Shown here: one piece after another, positions 35,780-44,936 of the stretch
Numbering within the stretch: the stretch's first letter is position 1
Layout of the letters: every line of letters starts with the position of its first letter
NCBI RefSeq assembly: GCF_025526975.1
Contig: NW_026515669.1
Location: forward strand, 2,108,001 to 2,155,284
DNA length: 47,284 nt
Direction: 5' to 3'
DNA from: Fimicolochytrium jonesii
Taxonomy: Eukaryota
Made by a program: the position numbers and the translations under genes
Notes under the pieces: generated by a model
Databases searched by the model: none
What the model was told of the DNA's origin: nothing
Seen by the model: only the letters and a program-made list of their open reading frames with translations

Positions 35780-35930
35780 TGATATATTATTACTGCTTAT
35801 GTATATCTTTCAGAAAAAGAAAGGTGTCCGCTTTCGTACTCAGCAACTGCACAGGAACTCCATGTGAATCGTTGACTTCACATGGGTGAGGATCTGACAT
35901 GGTGCTTAAATGCGTCATGAAAAATAAAAT

Positions 35931-35938
35931 AAAATTGA
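35931..35938 (+). promoter_or_regulatory. AAAATTGA motif (identical to the mimivirus early-promoter core) about 20 nt upstream of the HTH gene
   Basis: aaaataaaatAAAATTGAcacagcacttgtaatcatcATG in an AT-rich intergenic gap. Confidence 0.4.
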
Positions 35939-35957
35939 CACAGCACTTGTAATCATC

Positions 35958-36242
35958 ATGAAACAGAGATACTCCTATCACGCGAGCCTCATATGGGCAG
36001 GATGCTCTCCGAGCTCTGTGGAGGCGGAGAGTCTCAGGGCATTGTCGAAAGTGCTTGGCCTATCCGTGAATACTATCATACGCATCCTCAAAGAAGGCGA
36101 CCACTGCAGGACAGGCAAACGTGTTACCATTGAGCGGCGCCCACAAACAGATGCAGCCCTGGTTCTGTCCCTTCAATACCACTGGTCTCCAGGCCACCAG
36201 AAGATCCAACAGCTATCGCATCACATAGCTCTGACGCACTAG
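35958..36242 (+). CDS. Small NUMOD1-like HTH protein (family 2, copy b)
   Basis: RYSYHASL...EAESLRALSKVLGLSVNTIIRIL...VTIER aligns with 12653..12877. Confidence 0.6.
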   Translation: MKQRYSYHASLIWAGCSPSSVEAESLRALSKVLGLSVNTIIRILKEGDHCRTGKRVTIERRPQTDAALVLSLQYHWSPGHQKIQQLSHHIALTH

Positions 36243-36439
36243 GTTTCCGAGTACGTGAGGGGAAAGCGCTAAGTTAGCCTTTCGAGGCCGTGACCGTTTT
36301 CGACAGCACCTTGACAGACCGTCAAATACCGTCCTTCTCGCTCCGTGACATATCAGGTCGCGTAGAAGAGCCTAAAACATGCACGCCATGGCGGCCTTTG
36401 CCCACTTTTTCCCCGCTCCCCTATCAGCTAGTGGACATG

Positions 36440-36796
36440 TCATGATCTGACCCTATCCCAATACGACCTACTTAAGCAGGTGTGCAACCTTTCGAGCGAT
36501 TCGAGCATCTTCACACTGAGTTCTGCCATGTGGGTTATCAGGTGCAGGTGGCTTCGAGCTTCCTCCAGCAATTCTTCAGAACTTTTTCCGACGTGCTTAG
36601 GCATCATGTATGCAGTTTCGGCAGCCAAATGGAGAGCTGTGAGCTGTTTCGTGATTCTAGCAATAAGGGCCGACAGCTCATGATCAAGTGTTGTGACCTT
36701 GGGACGATGCAAGTTACTCCTGCTCAGATCAACATGCTTTTTGTTGCCGCGCGAGGCTCCTGGATATGACATTCCCGTTCCGATGGGTGTGCTCAA
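36440..36796 (-). CDS. Hypothetical helical protein
   Basis: 118-aa ORF with amphipathic-helix composition; no family recognised. Confidence 0.35.
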   Translation of the reverse strand: MSTPIGTGMSYPGASRGNKKHVDLSRSNLHRPKVTTLDHELSALIARITKQLTALHLAAETAYMMPKHVGKSSEELLEEARSHLHLITHMAELSVKMLESLERLHTCLSRSYWDRVRS

Positions 36797-37072
36797 GTAT
36801 ATGTTAGTGACCTAAATAATCAAAATTTTTCTTGGAGGAATGCAACCCATGCAAAGCCGTGCTTGAGTGAGTTTCAATCTCTAAGCGGACGGCGTATACT
36901 TTGTCCCAACGAAGCCAAACCAGGAGTGGGGTTCGTACCCTGGTTAACTGATTCATCAGGATGCAAACCTTACACTAAGTACGACGCCAGTCTCTGGTCC
37001 TCCGGAAGATTATGCTTCACTATATATAAGGGTTTCATTGATTCAAAAGTTCTGCTCACGACACATTTGAGC

Positions 37073-37190
37073 CTAGATCCCATTCCGAGCTACCAACTCC
37101 GTATGATTACCAAGCTCCGCAATCCGCCCCCCTTGAACCACTGCAATCTGGTCCACATTCTTGATTGTGGATAGCCTATGCGCATGGTAA
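37073..37190 (-). pseudogene. C-terminal fragment of an ABCB/MDR-type ABC transporter nucleotide-binding domain
   Basis: [36 protein letters not shown] is the H-loop tail typical of ABCB transporters; the rest of the domain is absent. Confidence 0.8.
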
Positions 37191-37754
37191 CAGTGGTTCG
37201 CCCGTCGCAGCCCGATCGATCGCTTTTTGTACTTCAAGCTCACATGTGGAATCCAAGAAGGGTAGCTTTGGACGCAATAGGTCCTCATCTTAAATGCACC
37301 TTTCATCCCTTTCTTGTTTTTGGAAGTTGCCGACTAGAAGTAGGGCTGCTCCAATAGATTCCTTATTCGTTGCTAACGCTGCTTATTACAAGGGTCTCTT
37401 ACGCCGGCTATTTTCATCACTACTGTGCGAGCTTCTCTGCTGACATTGTCTGTGTAACTCATACTGCCGTATTCAAGAAGTATGGAAGCTCGTGTCCGAG
37501 CACAACACAACACCCTTGGCGCTCCCTGCCTTCCAGTTGATGTACATGATTGTCGGCTGTATGGTGCTTGGGCGTCTATGGTAGTATGGGTTTAATGGTA
37601 TTAGTCAGGAATGATTCATGGGCATACAATTGGGTATGCTGGCATGATGGATCAAAGTGGTAGTAGCAAGTTTGCCTGCTTGGCAACCAAGGGCCAAATT
37701 TGACCAAGTTCGGCTCCAGCGAGGGCTGTCAAACTTGGGACCTGCTTAAAGCTT

Positions 37755-37813
37755 AGGTCTAAGGGCGTAAGGGTTAGGGTTAGGAACAGGGTTAGTGAAC
37801 GCGTAGGGGTTAA
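37755..37813 (+). repeat. Degenerate interstitial telomere-repeat relic
   Basis: taagggcgtaagggttagggttaggaacagggttagtgaacgcgtaggggttaa. Confidence 0.65.
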
Positions 37814-38093
37814 GCCAGGTATGTGGTTGGACGTGCTCTCGTGCTCTCCGTTGATGTTTATTCTTAGGGTGGTTGAATGGCATTGATTTGGTAGTGGCTT
37901 GTGATAGGTTCGTTCAGGTTCAGTATGATCAACGGCCGCCGCATAAGCGTCTCTCCCTCCTCCATGTGGGTCTGCAGGGCATCACATGGAGAATACGGAC
38001 GGATGTGTCCGTTTCCAATAGCGATAGAAGTGGGAATAGCGAGTCTTACCGAGAGACAGCAGTACAGCCTTTATCATGTCCTTGATTATCTCC

Positions 38094-38447
38094 TCACACG
38101 GCACGACCAACGCCGAGGACTACATGGGTGGGAAGCCTTGTGATATGCAATCTTGCTGCAGGAAAGCTGTGGGAAACGCATGATACCAGGGTATCAGCCA
38201 CAGCATCGGCGTTTGGACCGGGTATATGAAGCTCGGATCTATTCTCCATATAGAACAGGTTGACAGTTATGTCAAGGTGTGTCATCCCTGTTGCGAGGAC
38301 ACCCAACAGCCGAACGTAGCATTCAACCATGAAGGTGAACATTTCCGGGTCCCCATGGTGTCCTGCTATAGTCAAAGCTGCACTCAAAGAGTTGCAGGAC
38401 TGGCGTCCCTCTTGAGAGTTGCCGCTGAAGCTGTTCATATTGTTCAT
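38094..38447 (-). CDS. Unknown small protein (family 3, copy b)
   Basis: ALTIAGHHGDPEMFTFMVECYV..LDITVNLF..SELHIPGPNA; paralogue of 21348..21626. Confidence 0.55.
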   Translation of the reverse strand: MNNMNSFSGNSQEGRQSCNSLSAALTIAGHHGDPEMFTFMVECYVRLLGVLATGMTHLDITVNLFYMENRSELHIPGPNADAVADTLVSCVSHSFPAARLHITRLPTHVVLGVGRAV

Positions 38448-39146
38448 GTTTGTTTCACGTGCGACGCTGAAGGTTGCAAAGGGATGTTTCTATCTTGATA
38501 CAGTACAAATGGATTAAAATGTGACCCGCAAACGCACTTAGCTGCTTCATCTCCGAACTGCAATCCGGCCATGGAACTAAAAGGTACAGCTCGGGTTGGT
38601 CATCGGCCCTTCTCTTTTGACTGGTGAATCGGTGTATGGAGGGAGATCATCCAATCTCACAGCGTGTGGGGTTGCTGAGCACGCGGCTGCAGGGATAGCT
38701 GCACTAACCACCCATGCTTTCCCTGCTTCAAGGATCTCGTTCGGAACAAGCAGCACGATGTGGCCTGCGGGAACATGGCAGTACCGTCCACCCCAAGGCG
38801 CGGCGTATCCTGGTAAGCTAGCTGTTGTCACAGTATCTGAAGGTGGGATAGACATGGCTTTCGAGCCGTTCAGAATGGGACGGAGGATATGATCTGAGGC
38901 GCAGCAGCCTTTCCGTCGCTAGTTGCCGTGTATACCAAGTCCGCTCACTGACACATTCTGACAGCGCGTCACAAACGCGCGGCAAGAAGTGTACGCTATA
39001 CAGTCTCCTGCCCCATTCCGTTGAACGTTGGACAAACGTAGCTTCAGTGCGACGGGAATCCCCGAGATAGAAAACAAGAAGCGTTTCGAACTTTTTTTTT
39101 CTATCTCTATGAAAAACAAAGGTATCACCTTCTTTCTGAAGAAAAC

Positions 39147-39512
39147 ATGCACTTTGGAGACACTGATAGATCGGTCACTGAGGAAAGAGACCTTGGAGGA
39201 CTCATCAATACTCCAAACACTAAGCAACTGCTTCGAGAGTTTATCGAAGTTCATTTGATGGTGCGTGATCTTCAACGGCGCTTGAAAGATGCCAAAAGTA
39301 GTCGGCAAGCAGTGGAAAAGGACCTGGCGCAGGTCTTTACTGAGGCGGAGGTTCAGACGGTCGACATCCCGGGCTTTCGTTTATACCGGTACGATCAACG
39401 GCTGGTTCCGTACCATCTGCCTAGGCGACCGAACACTTGCACCACCGTGAAGCAAACCACGCACGCTGGTAGAAAACGCATGTGTAGAAGCCTCCTGAAG
39501 TTCCGGCTCTAG
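39147..39512 (+). CDS. DUF5760-like small coiled-coil protein (family 4, copy b); last gene before the telomere
   Basis: LLREFIEVHLMVRDLQRRLKDAKSSRQAVEKDLAQVFTEAEVQTVDIPGFRL resembles the giant-virus DUF5760 pattern (recalled, not searched). Paralogue at 35558..35779. Confidence 0.6.
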   Translation: MHFGDTDRSVTEERDLGGLINTPNTKQLLREFIEVHLMVRDLQRRLKDAKSSRQAVEKDLAQVFTEAEVQTVDIPGFRLYRYDQRLVPYHLPRRPNTCTTVKQTTHAGRKRMCRSLLKFRL

Positions 39513-39555
39513 AGCGCTCGCCGAAACGAAACGCAACCAACAAAGAATAAAATCT

Positions 39556-39589
39556 TTTCTGAAAGATAGAATCCTCTGTCTTTCAGAAA
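39556..39589 (+). terminator. 15-bp stem hairpin downstream of the DUF5760-like gene
   Basis: tttctgaaagataga-atcc-tctgtctttcagaaa (14/15 paired plus one G-U), preceded by AATAAA at ~39546. Confidence 0.5.
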
Positions 39590-39690
39590 GGACAAGACAT
39601 TGCGTGTAAACATGCCTACCTCGTCTTGCAAAAGCCTTTCCATCCAGGCCTTCACAAAGAAGAAGCTTTATGAGATCATACCTGCAGCTT

Positions 39691-39722
<32 letters not shown>

Positions 39723-40014
39723 GGTTAGGGTTAGGGTTAGGGTTAGGGTTAGGGTTAGGGTTAGGGTTAGGGTTAGGGTTAGGGTTAGGGTTAGGGTTAG
39801 GGTTAGGGTTAGGGTTAGGGTTAGGGTTAGGGTTAGGGTTAGGGTTAGGGTTAGGGTTAGGGTTAGGGTTAGGGTTAGGGTTAGGGTTAGGGTTAGGGTT
39901 AGGGTTAGGGTTAGGGTTAGGGTTAGGGTTAGGGTTAGGGTTAGGGTTAGGGTTAGGGTTAGGGTTAGGGTTAGGGTTAGGGTTAGGGTTAGGGTTAGGG
40001 TTAGGGTTAGGGTT
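39691..40014 (+). repeat. Telomeric (TTAGGG)n array 1 (proximal)
   Basis: About 54 near-perfect units. Confidence 0.99.
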
Positions 40015-41799
40015 ACAAGACCCCCTGGGTTGGGTTTTATTTTTGGGTTGCCTGGAACCCTAGGGACTTAGAAATTTTCGGGTTTTTTGGCTTTTGGGTG
40101 TGTTCTACAGTTCAAATTCTTGACTCTGAGGGGTGTGGTGGCGGGGGGTGTTGCGCACCTAGGCAAGTCAGGGGGGACTAGGTGTGCAAGGGCAAGTGAT
40201 GGGTCATATGGGTGGTGGTGCGGGTACGGGGGGGGGGGGGGCAGGGGTGCCAATAGGGGAGGGGGGGGGGTTGATATAAAGGGGAAATATATGTTATATA
40301 TACGTTTTAGGACTTGTGCAAATTGGGATTTTTTAGTGCCGATCCGGAGTTGGCGTCCTAATTAAAAGTTGGCCCCATATCATATTCTCTAATTGAAGTA
40401 CTCTCGGATTGGCAATCCGTGCAGAAACGGCTTCAGAAACTTAGAAAAACGAAATTTTCACGCGACGGGGGGTAAAAAGTTGGAAAATGTGGTGATATCT
40501 CAACATCTGGCTGACTATCCAGTGGAGGGCACTTAATGAAAGTTGATTGTAGCCTATGGTTTGCATAGCTGATGTGGTAGCAAATCTTGTGTAACCTTGC
40601 TTTTGGCTGAAGAACAGGGCCCCTTTTCAATTCTCAAGTAGTGACCCCCAAGACCTCCTAACAAAAGACACGAGTACGTATGTGCAGGCAAAGGGGTTTG
40701 GCTGTGTTCTCCAGTAAACATTTTGTGATTCCGCTGTGCATCGTAGACTGTTTGTAGGACCGTTGCGGAATGTCATTTACCAAAACTGTTGAACATTTTC
40801 CGTTTAAAGCAGTGTTCTACAGTTTGTCCATGCAGGTTAGAGCACGTGACCTGGGCTTGCTTGCAGGGTATGCAGAGTGAGAGGGTTGGGGTTAGAGATT
40901 TCCCAGATCACTTATTAAATTCAGCCAAACTGTCTCTGTCATGGAACATTTAAAATGGTGGAAAGTAGTATTGCATTTATTGATTTAGAGTACATTGGAA
41001 AAGCGCACATTCAGAAAAGGGTTTTGGTGTAAAGTTATCAACGACATTCAACAGTACTAAAGGACTTCCGCAAGCATGTCACGGACTTGGTTCTGTCCAA
41101 AAGTCGTACGGCACTCAGGGTACCTGGCGCAGCGGAGACGGAAACGATGCTGACCGCCAATGCTATGAAAAGCTGAGCCTCCACAGTTGGGACATTGAAG
41201 CTGATCACGATGCTGATGGAAGAGTTCACAGATATTGCCAATGGGAGCAGCATCAGGCACTTCCCCATCCCCATGACCCCACCAAGCACGAGCAGGATCA
41301 ATGACGGGTGCAATGCCTTTGAACCATCCGGGATTGAAACCAAAAGAGTTGAGAACATCTCGGAAGCGCTGACAGTCTGTCACAGTAGTCTGTCTATTGC
41401 GATCTCCTCTGAATAGAACTCTGGTGGCAGCGTCCATGATGCCATTGATGAGACTGTAGTACTCTTCCACCGGCACAAGCTTCAAGGAGTTTGCGCCCAT
41501 GTGCTGGAAAATGGTCTCGATCTGGTCCAAATGGAGATTCAAAACCATCTGTTCTGCTGATTCCAACCTGGCGCACTGAACTCGCACTTCAACTCGCATG
41601 CCAGTAATGTGGAGCGGGTGACCGTTGAGCCATTGACGTAAACCTCTCAGTGTCTCACTGCGATCACCAAGGCTGGACTTGGTTTGGGGCATTCGCGAAG
41701 ACAAAGTCGAAGAGTAGGCTTTGAGCGCATGAACAAGCTTTGGGTAGCAAGTAACCCGAACATTGGCGTGACCCGCAATGTCAAAGCGGGTGGACCCAA
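40015..41799 (-). mobile_element. Telomere-inserted element A, copy 1 (5'-truncated retroelement-like)
   Basis: Starts GGGTT|ACAAGACCCCCTGGG; flanked by TTAGGG arrays; near-identical to 42284..44040, 44937..45509 and 46076..46651. Confidence 0.85.
41057..41799 (-). CDS. Element A ORF with C-terminal C4 Zn-ribbon; open up to the telomere junction (5'-truncated)
   Basis: QLQCPNCGGSAFHSIGGQHRFRLRCARYPECRTTF. The frame has no stop from 41799 to 41057. AATAAA on the minus strand at ~40976-40981. Confidence 0.7.
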
Positions 41800-42283
41800 G
41801 GGTTAGGGTTAGGGTTAGGGTTAGGGTTAGGGTTAGGGTTAGGGTTAGGGTTAGGGTTAGGGTTAGGGTTAGGGTTAGGGTTAGGGTTAGGGTTAGGGTT
41901 AGGGTTAGGGTTAGGGTTAGGGTTAGGGTTAGGGTTAGGGTTAGGGTTAGGGTTAGGGTTAGGGTTAGGGTTAGGGTTAGGGTTAGGGTTAGGGTTAGGG
42001 TTAGGGTTAGGGTTAGGGTTAGGGTTAGGGTTAGGGTTAGGGTTAGGGTTAGGTTAGGGTTAGGGTTAGGGTTAGGGTTAGGGTTAGGGTTAGGGTTAGG
42101 GTTAGGGTTAGGGTTAGGGTTAGGGTTAGGGTTAGGGTTAGGGTTAGGGTTAGGGTTAGGGTTAGGGTTAGGGTTAGGGTTAGGGTTAGGGTTAGGGTTA
42201 GGGTTAGGGTTAGGGTTAGGGTTAGGGTTAGGGTTAGGGTTAGGGTTAGGGTTAGGGTTAGGGTTAGGGTTAGGGTTAGGGTT
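41800..42283 (+). repeat. Telomeric array 2
   Basis: About 80 TTAGGG units, one TTAGG variant. Confidence 0.99.
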
Positions 42284-44040
42284 ACAAGACCCCCTGGGTT
42301 GGGTTTTATTATTGGGTTGCCTGGAACCCTAGGGACTTAGAAATTTTCGAGTTTTCTGGCTTTTGGGTGTGTTCTACAGTTCGAATTCTTGACTCTGAGG
42401 GATGTAGTGGTGGGGGGGTGTTGCGCACCTAGGCAAGTCGGGGAGGACTAGGTGTGCAAGGGCAAGTGATGGGTCATATGGGTGGTGGTGCGGGTACGGG
42501 GGGGGGCAGGGGTGCCAATAGGGGGGGGGGGGGGTTGATATAAAGGGGACATATATGTTATATATACGTTATAGGACTTGTGCAAATTGGGATTCTTATA
42601 GTGCCGATCCGGAGTTGGCGTCCTAATTGAAAAGTTGGACCCATATCATATTCTCTAATTGAAGTACTCTCGGATTGGCAATCCGTGCGGAAACGGCTTC
42701 AGAAACTTAGAAAAACGAAATTTTCACGCGACGGGGGGTAAAAAGTTGGAAAATGTGGTGATATCTCAACATCTGGCTGACTATCCAGTGTAGGGCACTT
42801 AATGAAAGTTGATTGTAGCCTATGGTTTGCATGGCTGATGTGGTAGCAAATCTTGTGTAACCTTGCTTTTGGCTGAAGAACAGGGCCCCTTTTCAATTCT
42901 CAAGTAGTGACCCCCAAGACCTCCTAACAAAAGACACGAGTACGTATGTGCAGGCAAAGGGGTTTGGCTGTGTTCTCCAGTAAACATTTTGTGATTCCGC
43001 TGTGCATCGTAGACTGTTTGTAGGACCCTTGCGGAATGTTATTTACCAAAACTGTTGAACATTTTCCGGTTAAAGCAGTGTTCTACAGTTTGTCCATGCA
43101 GGTGAGAGCACGTGACCTGGGCTTGCTTGCAGGGTACGCAGAGTGAGAGGGTTAGGGTTAGAGATTTCCCAGATCACTTATTAAATTCAGCCAAACTGTC
43201 TCTGTCATGGAACATTTAAAATGGTGGGAAGTAGTATTGCATTTATTGATTTAGAGTACATTGGAAAAGCGCACATTCAGAAAAGGGTTTTGGTGTAACG
43301 TTATCAACGGCATTCAACAGTACTAAAGGACTTCCGCAAGCATGTCACGGACTTGGTTCTGTCCAAAAGTCGTACGGCACTCAGGGTACCTGGCGCAGCG
43401 GAGACGGAAACGATGCTGACCGCCAATGCTATGAAAAGCTGAGCCTCCACAGTTGGGACATTGAAGCTGATCACGATGCTGATGGAAGAGTTCACGGATA
43501 TTGCCAATGGGAGCAGCATCAGGCACTTCCCCATCCCCATGACCCCACCAAGCACGAGCAGGATCAATGACGGGTGCAATGCCTTTGAACCATCCGGGGT
43601 TGAAACCAAAAGAGTTGAGAACATCTCGGAAGCGCTGACAGTCTGTCACAGTAGTCTGTCTATTGCGATCTCCTCTGAATAGAACTCTGGTGGCAGCGTC
43701 CATGATGCCATTGATGAGACTGTAGTACTCTTCCACCGGCACAAGCTTCAAGGAGTTTGCGCCCATGTGCTGGAAAATGGTCTCGATCTGGTCCAAATGG
43801 AGATTCAAAACCATCTGTTCCGCTGATTCCAACCTGGCGCACTGAACTCGCACTTCAACTCGCATGCCAGTAATGTGGAGCGGGTGGACTTGGTTTGGGG
43901 CATTCGCGAAGACAAAGTCGAAGAGTAGGCTTTGAGCGCATGAACAAGCTTTGGGTAGCAAGTAACCCGAACATTGGCGTGACCCGCAATGTCAAAGCGG
44001 GTGGACCCAAATCCCTCACCAAGGATGGTGAGCATGGGAA
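42284..44040 (-). mobile_element. Element A, copy 2 (extends ~30 nt further 5' but carries a 55-nt internal deletion)
   Basis: Same proximal junction as copy 1. Lacks accgttgagc...caccaaggctg (41621-41675 in copy 1). Extra sequence atccctcaccaaggatggtgagcatgggaa at the distal end. Confidence 0.85.
43323..44035 (-). pseudogene. Element A ORF, frameshifted by the 55-nt deletion
   Basis: ATG 44035 (MLTILGEGFGSTRFDIAG...). Restoring 55 nt gives 768 nt, i.e. 255 aa in frame with the Zn-ribbon C-terminus. Confidence 0.7.
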
Positions 44041-44105
44041 GGGTTAGGGTTAGGGTTAGGGTTAGGGTTAGGGTTAGGGTTAGGGTTAGGGTTAGGGTTA
44101 GGGTT
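44041..44105 (+). repeat. Telomeric array 3
   Basis: About 11 TTAGGG units. Confidence 0.98.
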
Positions 44106-44884
44106 ACAGGACTGTTCCCGGTTATGGGTTATTTTTGGCCATCCAAAAAGTGTCAAATAAAGTTGCTAGCAATGTTCAGGGGCATCTTACTGTAATGTGC
44201 TTCAAATCTTGGGGCATGTTTTCCACTCAATGCCCCGGGAAAATCTGTTTTTCCGATTTTTTACTATGAAAATATTGCCAAAATGCATTTTCTGAAACTC
44301 TGAGTGGATGGATTTCGCTTAAAGTGAGATATGTCTCAGAAAACATCCCCAAAAACATCTAGGAACCTTCATCTACTCTAGTATTCATCAACTCCTGGCA
44401 CTTTTTGTTTCCAGGCAATATGGGGGTGTTCTCCAGTTGGCGGCGAATGACTCATTTTTGCTATGATCTCGGGGACGGAGGCGGAAGCGAAGTAGAGAAG
44501 ACAGGGCGAGAGTGATAGGCGACAAGAGATTTTATTGGCAAAACAAGAAACAAGGACTAGAACAGGAGATGAGAAGAACTGGTGTTGATCTGCTGGGGAG
44601 GAAGGGAACGGACAAAGAGAGGCCGGCTATTTATAGATAGGCAACCCAGCAGATCAGAGAACTACAACAACAAGAGGGGACTGGGGGGGCATCAGCTATG
44701 CTCCTAGAGCGTGCGTGGCGAGCGTAGAGAGCATTGCTACAGCTGCTGGCTATGGGGAAGTAGTGGGGGGTGTGGAGAAGCCGAGGGGGGGATTGGCGAA
44801 ATGAGAGGAGAGAGGAGGAGTGGCGATATTGCAAGAGGATTGGCAAAATGAGAGGAGAGAGGGGGAGTGGCATTGACATTGACA
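44106..44884 (-). mobile_element. Telomere-inserted element B, copy 1 (longest)
   Basis: Starts GGGTT|ACAGGACTGTTCCC; its proximal part is repeated at 45546..45799 and 46688..46918. Strand is inferred from the truncation polarity. Confidence 0.8.
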
Positions 44885-44936
44885 GGGTAGGGTTAGGGTT
44901 AGGGTTAGGGTTAGGGTTAGGGTTAGGGTTAGGGTT
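44885..44936 (+). repeat. Telomeric array 4
   Basis: gggtaggg followed by about 8 TTAGGG units. Confidence 0.97.

Noticed and set aside
41621..41675. 55-nt segment missing in A copy 2 as a spliced intron
   Set aside because: It has no GT-AG ends on either strand in any register and it breaks the frame, so it is a simple deletion with 2-nt microhomology.
39670..42332. ORFs encoding (RV)n and (LG)n, also at 43989..44195 and 44770..44985
   Set aside because: They are translations of TTAGGG repeats, not genes.
44631..44879. 82-aa ORF in element B
   Set aside because: It is low-complexity, pyrimidine-rich sequence with no motif and probably non-coding.
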